From NCBI GenBank assembly GCA_037447605.1, contig CM074812.1, positions 1,612,001 through 1,676,000 on the forward strand: a DNA stretch of 64,000 bases, written 5' to 3'. The stretch comes from Zygnema circumcarinatum SAG 698-1b (taxonomy: Eukaryota > Plantae > Zygnematophyceae). Position 1 is the first letter of the stretch. Each line of letters starts with the position of its first letter. The notes under the pieces are model-generated. The model was not told the DNA's origin and did not search any database. It worked only from the letters and a program-made list of their open reading frames with translations. The position numbers and the translations under genes were made by a program. Shown piece by piece: positions 50,001-64,000 of the stretch.

Positions 50001-51655
50001 TGAGGAAGTTGGTACGCCGTTTTATTTGGTAAGAACTCGTGTGCTTGAAATTCTATATTTCTCCCTCTCCCTTTTTTAATATTTCACCGTATAGGTTCAA
50101 TTTTTTCAATGAGGAATGAAGCAAAGGAAGGGATGCGAGAAAAAATGATTGATTTTGGCGGAAGGGTCGAAACGGACAGAAAGGGTGAGGGGGGAAAAGA
50201 TGAGAGATGGGAGATGAGGGAAGGAGTGGGAGAGAAGGAATTAGGGAGTCCTTGAGAATTTGTAGGAGATGAGGGAACAGAGAAAGGCTGGGATTTTTGG
50301 GAGAGGAAGCGAGAGAGAAACTAGAAGTTGGGAAAAGTAGCGGAGTTGGAAAAGCAGGAGCGGAAATAGTGAGTGGGGGTGGTGGAAAATAGAAGTTAGA
50401 GATTCTCAAGTTGGCAAGAGAAACAGCCGGAGTGGGAGTGGGGATAAGAGGGAAACAGAGAGTGGACGGGTGAGAGAAGTTAGAGCTTGGTCAAATTCGT
50501 CAAAAACATCTCCATACTTCACTTTTAAAAGAACCGTTCCTACTTTTCTGTTTCAGATTTGAAACCCTATTCTCGTTTGTTTCCTCCCCTCTCCTCCTTC
50601 CTCCTCTTCTCGTCTGTCTTCATCGCTCCTCCTCTCTCCTCTTCTTCCTCGTCAATCTCCTCCCTCTCCTCACTCCTCTCCTCCTCTCTCCTCTTCCTCG
50701 CTGCACTCTCTCCCTCTCCTTTCTCCTCCTTTCTCCTCTCTCCTTCCCTCTCTCTCGTCCTCTCTCGTTCCTCTCTTCCTCTCCTCTTTCGTCCTCTTTC
50801 CCTCTCCACTCTGTTCATCTCCTTCTCACTCCTGTCTGCACTCCTCATTCCTCTCATCCCCTCCTTTTTCCTCTCCTCTCTCCTCTTCCCTCCACGTTCT
50901 CCCTCTCCTCCTCTCTCCTCCTCCCTCCTCGTCCCCCTCATTCTCGCTTCCATCCCTTCCTTTTGTTTGCTTTTTTTCCTTTCTCTTTCTTTTTCCACCT
51001 TTTTCACCCCTTCTTTTGTTGCTTTTCTTTGCTGTTTTTCCAGGCTCCGGAAGTTCTTCAGAATAGCTACGGTCCTGAAGCAGATATATGGAGTGCAGGA
51101 GTTGTGCTTTACATTCTCCTTTGTGGGGTGCCCCCCTTCTGGGCAAAAGACACGGAAGGAATTCGAGCTGCTATAAGAGAAGGAAAACTTGATCTAACAA
51201 GTGGACCCTGGAAAAATGTTTCTGAACCTGCCAAAGATTTGGTTCGACAAATGCTCAACATGGATCCGGCTGCAAGGATCAAGGGGGATCAGATATTGGG
51301 TGAGAAACGTGAAACTTTAAACCCTGAATTAGGGTTTATGTTAGGGCTAGGCTAGGGCTAGGGCTAGGGGTAGGTTTAGGGACTTTTACTCACAGATAGG
51401 GGGGTTAGGGATTATCTGGAATTGGGTCTCCTCTCTTTAACTTCTATTGGTTTATAAGTGGCTCTTTAGGATTTGAAGGCGGGTTGTAGGGTTTAAGGTA
51501 TTGCTCGGCCTTTTGTCGATCGTCAGTTACAGTGAGTTTTATAAGGATGCTTTAGATGATTTGGGCAGTTTTGGGTACATTTGAACTGACCCACATTTCG
51601 GTTTGAATGCATATGTTCAGCACATCCATGGATCGCGAATCTCGGACGAGTATGA
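47057..51655 (+). CDS. Ser/Thr kinase of the CDPK/PEPRK group lacking EF-hands, with a ~600-aa N-terminal extension; internal exons missing at a gap
   Basis: Exons 47057-48994, 49238-49342, [missing, gap 49480-49489], 49988-50028, 51044-51299, 51621-51655. Motifs [12 protein letters not shown]......[65 protein letters not shown] and AHPWI; the stop follows directly after the kinase domain. Confidence 0.88.
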
Positions 51656-53084
51656 AGGCGTGAAGCTCAAGTCGGCAGCATGTAAAGGATTGACAGGAGA
51701 AGGGAAAAACCCCAACAGGTTATTTAAGTGGGAAAAACTTCCACTTTCGCATCCATTTCCAACCTTTGGGTTGCGTAGAATAATGGGAAAAACCGCAGCA
51801 GGGGGAGCAGAAGATGGGGGTTTGGCCGGCGCTGAGACTTGCATTTACTTTCGTTGACTTCGTCGACTTCCGTTGACCTCGTTGACTCCATTGACCTTGT
51901 TGACTTCTTGCAGTAGTTTTAGACGTAGTCGTGACATGACGAGTGTGAGGGTTTACCGACTTAAGAGGGCTGAAAAGATACCGATATGGGGCAAAGCAGA
52001 GTAGGGAAAAAAGGGGAAATGGAGCTCTGCTTGTAACTTAAAAACAAAATTACGAATTTGTTTGTCTCCCTTTATTTTAGGTCGTCATTTATTTTTGATA
52101 TAAAATTGTTCGTTGGTAGCGCGATACAAGTGGCAGTTGATCATTGGAGCAGGTGGCAGTTGTGCATTGATAGGGGCAGGACAGGTGGCAGAGCATGTCA
52201 GAAGTACTCTTGTTAAGAAACGTCCACCTTGAGAAGAGGCCGCTATTGGTGCTTTCTTTTATTTTTTCTTTCTATTGGTGCTTTATGGCTGCGTCATGGG
52301 CTGGGTGGTAGTGTCTCCCTCTACTCTCCCTCTCACTCCTCCCTCCCTCCTCCCTCTTCCCTCCCTCCCTCCCTCTTCGCTCCCTCCTCCCTCTTCCCTC
52401 CCTCCTCCCTCCTCCCTCCTCCCTCCTCCCTCTTCCCTCCCTCCTCCCTCCTCCCTCTTCCCTCCNNNNNNNNNNTCCTCCCTCCTCCCTCCTCCCTCCT
52501 CCCGCTCCCCCTTCCCCCTCTCTCTTCCCCCTCTCTTCCCCTCTGCCTCTCGCTTTGTCTCACTCGCCCTTACACTTTGGCAAAGTCCCCAACAAGGCGA
52601 AACTCCCCATTTTGCTGCCGACTATTAGCTTCATTTCAGCAATTGTGATATCCCTTTGCACATCTCACGGCGTTACTTTGAGCCGTCGTTAACTATACAC
52701 GATATTCAGCACCGCATATGCTTCTTACGTGCCTCGCAATTAAGAGGTAATTACATGCTGTATGGTGCTGCATTTTCGGCTCCATGTAACTTTTAGAAAG
52801 AATATCTTTTAAGAAACCACGGGTAATACAGAAAGGCGCAAACGTGGTAACTCCGACCCCACTTCCGCTTCAAAGTAAATGATGTTCCATGTCACAGTTC
52901 GTCCAAACTGGAAGCTTCAAACTAGATATGCAAACCTTCGACCCTCCCTCCCTCCCGCTCTCCCTCTGCTCTCGCTGGGNNNNNNNNNNNNNNNNNNNNN
53001 NNNNNNNNNNNNNNNNNNNNNNNNNNNNNNNNNNNNNNNNNNNNNNNNNNNNNNNNNNNNNNNNNNNNNNNNNNNNNNNACGCT

Positions 53085-56000
53085 TCAGTCGTCGTCATGC
53101 TGCTCCCGGAGGCGAGTTTCGTACTCGTTTGTCGTTTTCTGCAGCTCCTTTTCCAAGTGAGCCACCTTCTCTCCTTGGCGAATGGCCTCCGCCTGTGCCT
53201 CCTTCACTTCCTGCCGCAGCTCCGTCTGGGGGGGGGGGAAGAGGGAGGAGGGAGGGAGGGAGGGAGGGAGGGAGAGAGAGGGAGAGGAGGAGAGAGGGAG
53301 GGAGAAAAGCGAGGAAAAGGACGGACAGAGCAGGAGGAGGGAAGGAGAGGGAGGAGGAGTGAGAGGGAGGGAGAAAGAGGAAAAGAAAGTGACGGACAAA
53401 AAGAAGGAAAGGAGGGAGGAGGAGAGGAGGAGAGGGAGGATGGGAGAGAGAGGAGGAGAGGGAGGGAGCGAGAGAGAGGGGAGGGAGAAAGAGAGGACAA
53501 GGGACGGACAGAGAGGCAAGGGAGGGAGGGAGAGGGAGGAAAGAAAGTGGGGGGAGGGAAGGCGAGAAAGGGGAGAGGGAGAGAGGGGAGGAAGGAAGAC
53601 AGAGGGAGAGGGAAGAGAGAAAGAGTGAGAGAGTGGGGTGGAAGGAGGGAAGGGAGGAAAGGGATGGAAGGTTAACTGAAGTTGGTAGGTCAGCCTGAAT
53701 TCCACAGTCATTCCCCTTCTTCATAGTTTATTGCCTTTTAGCGCTTTTCGTCTATCGGCTTTCCTAATTCAAGATATAAAGCCAGCAAAAAAAGTGCCAC
53801 ACTCCCTCTTCTCTTCTCCTCCCTCCTTCTCCCTCCTCCTCCCTCCCCTCCCTCCCTCCCTCCCGTTCTACATATGCACTCGCCTGCTCCCTTTACACTT
53901 CGTGTTGCTCGTCCCTTCCCCTCTCGATTCTCTCCCCCCTCGTCCTCTCTTCCTCTCCTGCTTTCTCTACCACTAATTGCTGCTACTCCCTCCCTCCCTC
54001 CCTCTCCCTCTCCCTCCCCCTCCCTCTCACCTGCAGCGCCTGGATGATGTTGTTGTACGCCTCAGCGTCCACCTCCGCTTGCCTCTCCTCAGCAACATGG
54101 ACGGCCGCATATATCAGAGCTGCTACCGCTCTCTCCTCCTCCTCCTTCTCCCTTTCTTTCTTCTCCCTCTTCTCCTTTTCTTTCTTCTCCTTCTTCTCCT
54201 TCTTCTCCGTCTCTTTCTTCCCCTTCTTCTCATTCTTCTCCTTCTCCTCCTTCCCTCCCTCCTCCTTATCATCATCCCTATCCTCATCACCGCTATCTCC
54301 CTTCACTCCCTCTTCAAAAAGTGACTCCTCTCTCTCCTCTCCCTCGTTTCCCTCTCCCACACCACTTTCACCAATTTCACCACTTTTCAACACATTCACT
54401 CCCTCCCCCTTTTCCACCACCTCTCCCTCCTCCTCCTCGTCTACTTCTTTCTTTCCATTGTTAAAGAAATCAATTATTTCCAGCCGAGATTCTCCCTGTT
54501 GAACTGCCTTCTTATGTGCTGCCTCAAGAAGGACTGAAGGTACTAATTCCGTCGCTTTCTTTTCATCTTTTTCCGATTCAAAACTTTCAGTTTCAGCAGC
54601 AGCACTGTCTGCCGCTGCTTCTTCTTCCCGGACGGTCTGCAAAACAGACTCTCATAATTAACGTTGACCCTAAAAGTAATAAATCCATTTAATCATCATC
54701 ACATTAGTTGTCATGCGTCAAGTCTACAGCCGCAGAAAGCATAAAGGAGGTATTTCAAAGAAAATGCCGTTCTCTCACTCTCTCTCCCCCTCTCTCTCTT
54801 TCGTCCTCTCTCCCTTCCTTCCCTTCCCCCTTCCCCCTCCCCCCCTGCCCCCTCCCCCCATCCCGCCCCCTCTCTCTCTCTCTATCACTCTCTCTCGCCC
54901 TCTCCCTCTCGTAAATACCTCAAGAGCTCGATCTTGTTGCTTAGTGTTCTCAGCCTCCGTTCCTTTGAGAGCTCTCTCCACTTCATGAGTGAGCTCTGCC
55001 GCCAAAGCGGCAATCACTGCATCTCCGATCAGATCCTTACCACCTCCCTCTCCTTCTCCCTCCCCCTCGCCCTCCACCTCTTCCACTTTCTCCCTTTCTC
55101 CTTCGTTCTCCAGTGAACCTGATGCTTCGACTTTGATCTCTTCCCCACTAATTGCTTTGATCTTGTTCTCCTCCTCCCCCCCTTCCTTCTCCTTCACATC
55201 TTTCTCCACTCCCACCTCCTCCTCACCATTCTCTCCTCCCTCCCTCTTTTCTTCCTCGCCCTCATCCCGCGCCGGCATCAGAAACTCATCATCCGGTTGA
55301 CCCCAACTCTTCTCTTTGTGCCCACTTCCTTCCTCCTCAGTTTTCTCTTCAATAACCGATTCAGCTAAAGTCCCTCCCACTGAGGCTTCCGCCCCTCCTA
55401 TCTTCTCCTTCTCGTCACTCCCCACATCTTCTTCCTTCCCTCCTCGTCCTCCGCCTACTTCTGAACTACTGTCCGTGTCCCCCGCCTTCTCCTCTCCCTC
55501 CCCCTGCTTCCCCTCTACTGTATCGGGAATAACCGGTCCAGGTCCCCACCTTGCCTTTTCCATATTCCACCATACATAAGCTGCTATTCCTCCAGCAACA
55601 GCAGTTATGGTAGCAGCAGCGCCGATCTGTTTTCCGGTAAAGGAGGGAGAGGGAGAGGGAGGGGGGAGGGGAGGGGGAGGAGGAGGGGGAGGGGGAGGGG
55701 GAGAGGAAGTGGGAGAGGGAGAGCCTTTTCTAGAGGAGAAAGCGGGGTTTTTATAAAAGCGTACATTAATAGGGGGAGAGAGAGGGAGTGGGAGAGGAGT
55801 AGGAGAGAGATTGGGGTTCGGGATTTTGAAGTTATGAACGGATGTTGAAGTTTTGTGGGGCCCAGGGATTGGATCAGACTGCACACCCCAACACACAGAG
55901 AGAGAGAGAGAGCGAGAGAGAGAGAGAGAGAGAGAGAAAGTGAGGGAGGGAGGGAAAGAGAGAGAGAGGGGGAGAGTGGGGTAGACGTAAGGATTGAACA

Positions 56001-56436
56001 AGGTGAATGGTGAATATCGGATATGAAAGAGAGTGGGAGGGGGAGAGGGAGATAGAGAGAGAGAGAGAGAGAAAGAAAGAGGTGGAGGTAGGGATCAAAG
56101 AAGTTGAATGCAAGATTCACTAACGAGCGCCACTCAAACGGGCAGAAAAAAAGCTCAACAAAATAAAAAAATAAAAGCTCCAAACTGCTTTCAATCAAAT
56201 GCATAAGAAGGAAAAAAAAAAAAAAAAAAAACGGCACATCTCGTCCCCCCCCCTCAAGAAAAAAGATGATGCCATTCGCTCACAGTGGGAGGGCGGATCG
56301 CTCTCCTAGCCAGCCTCGCCACGGACCGCCTGCAGCCTCCCGCATGGATCCCGCTGTCCAGGACGGAAACGGCTCGCAGAACTGCGGCCATGGAGCAGCG
56401 TTGCCGCCTTCGCAGGAGCCCCATTGCAGCACTCAT
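53085..56436 (-). CDS. MIC60: MICOS subunit MIC60 (mitofilin)-like, N-terminal part only
   Basis: Exons 56436-56284, 55878-54919, 54636-54031, 53225-53085 join in frame. Architecture: Arg-rich presequence-like start, single TM (IGAAATITAVAGGIAAYVWW), long acidic region, then LIYAAVHVAEERQAEVDAE..LEKELQK, resembling the recalled plant MIC60 segment FLAAIHAAEKQQAHLDAQ..LDKELKR. The C-terminal mitofilin domain is not seen and the start codon is uncertain. Confidence 0.68.
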
Positions 56437-56486
56437 CGCTGCTCCACTCACATTCAGCAGCCACTCATCTCCTGGATAGGCAGAAG

Positions 56487-56545
<59 letters not shown>

Positions 56546-56863
56546 GGGTTCAGGGTATTATTAGGGTTTACAAATTAGGGTTAAAATTAGGGTTAGGACT
56601 TAGAGATGGCTGCGACTGACGAGCGACCCCGCAGCTTCCTCGAGCCCTCCACTCAACAGCTGTATCGGCCTATACATATTCAGATACGATACGATATGAA
56701 CAAAAGCTAGATTTCATAGGCTTACTTTGAGACATCCCGATACGATATTACCGAATACCGCCTGAAAAGAAATTGTCCATTCGATTGGATATTCAATTCC
56801 CCCGTTTCCGCTCGGGCTTTGGCTTGGGGCCATTTCTCCGTTGCAGCCAAAGTTGAGCAGCGG

Positions 56864-56916
56864 CCAATGGCCGCATGCCACGTGGATATTTTGCATACGT
56901 GACGAGTTCTAATTGG
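56864..56916. promoter_or_regulatory. Inverted ERSE pair in the MIC60/SF3B2 divergent promoter
   Basis: CCAAT GGCCGCATG CCACG at 56864-56882 (+) and CGTG ACGAGTTCTA ATTGG at 56898-56916 (-; the plant-type CCAAT-N10-CACG form). Confidence 0.55.
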
Positions 56917-57075
56917 GTGATCCGGACCCTTTTGGTTTGCAAGGGAGACTCTCGTTTCTCCCTCTCCGTCTCTCACAATTCTCTCTCTCACACTCTCTCT
57001 CTCTCTCTCTGTGCAAGCAAGGAGGAGGAGGAGGAGGACGCTGAGATAGAGGGACAAGCGCAGCTTGCAGAGGCT

Positions 57076-63880
<6,805 letters not shown>

Positions 63881-64000
63881 GTGAATTACAATAGCAATAG
63901 CTTTTGTTTGTGCTTTTTTGATGTTTTTGCTCTCTCTCCCTCTCTCTCCCCTCACACTCTTCCTTCTGTCCTCTCGCTTTTCATCCTCCCCCCTCTTCTT

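Noticed and set aside
56875-57075. Upstream in-frame ATG extending SF3B2 by 67 aa
   Set aside because: The ATG lies inside the promoter CCAAT/CACG module and the extension crosses a CT tract; 57076 (GCTATGG) is the more plausible start. Not proven.

Overview
Eukaryotic nuclear DNA from a green plant lineage. Land-plant-like PsaG, RIN13, Canopy and A/N-invertase sequences plus GA/CT-microsatellite-filled introns suggest a streptophyte alga, possibly Zygnematophyceae; this is inference. Ten protein-coding genes were assembled by hand from exons with canonical splice sites: alkaline/neutral invertase (+), Canopy/DUF3456 ER protein (-), long-chain fatty alcohol oxidase (+), plastid ribosomal protein S5 (-), PsaG (-), nicotinamidase (+), RIN13-like (-), an EF-hand-less CDPK/PEPRK-type kinase with a ~600-aa N-terminal extension (+), MIC60/mitofilin-like (-, cut at a gap) and SF3B2 (+, runs off the window). 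The window also holds three tRNA-Val(AAC) copies (one probably an assembly duplicate), one tRNA-Arg(TCG), two related Mutator-like non-autonomous elements, a 39-bp palindromic minisatellite family and telomere-like or G-rich arrays. Most ORFs in the supplied track are microsatellite read-through. The assembly has many 10-N gaps; two are flanked by exact tandem duplications and two hide missing exons. The most interesting signal is cis-regulatory. CCAAT-N9-CCACG (the ERSE motif) occurs perfectly five times, always in intergenic DNA, against about 0.12 expected by chance. It twice forms the same 53-bp inverted double module, at the Canopy promoter and at the MIC60/SF3B2 divergent promoter. Dense GTAC (SBP/SPL core) clusters also mark most promoters.
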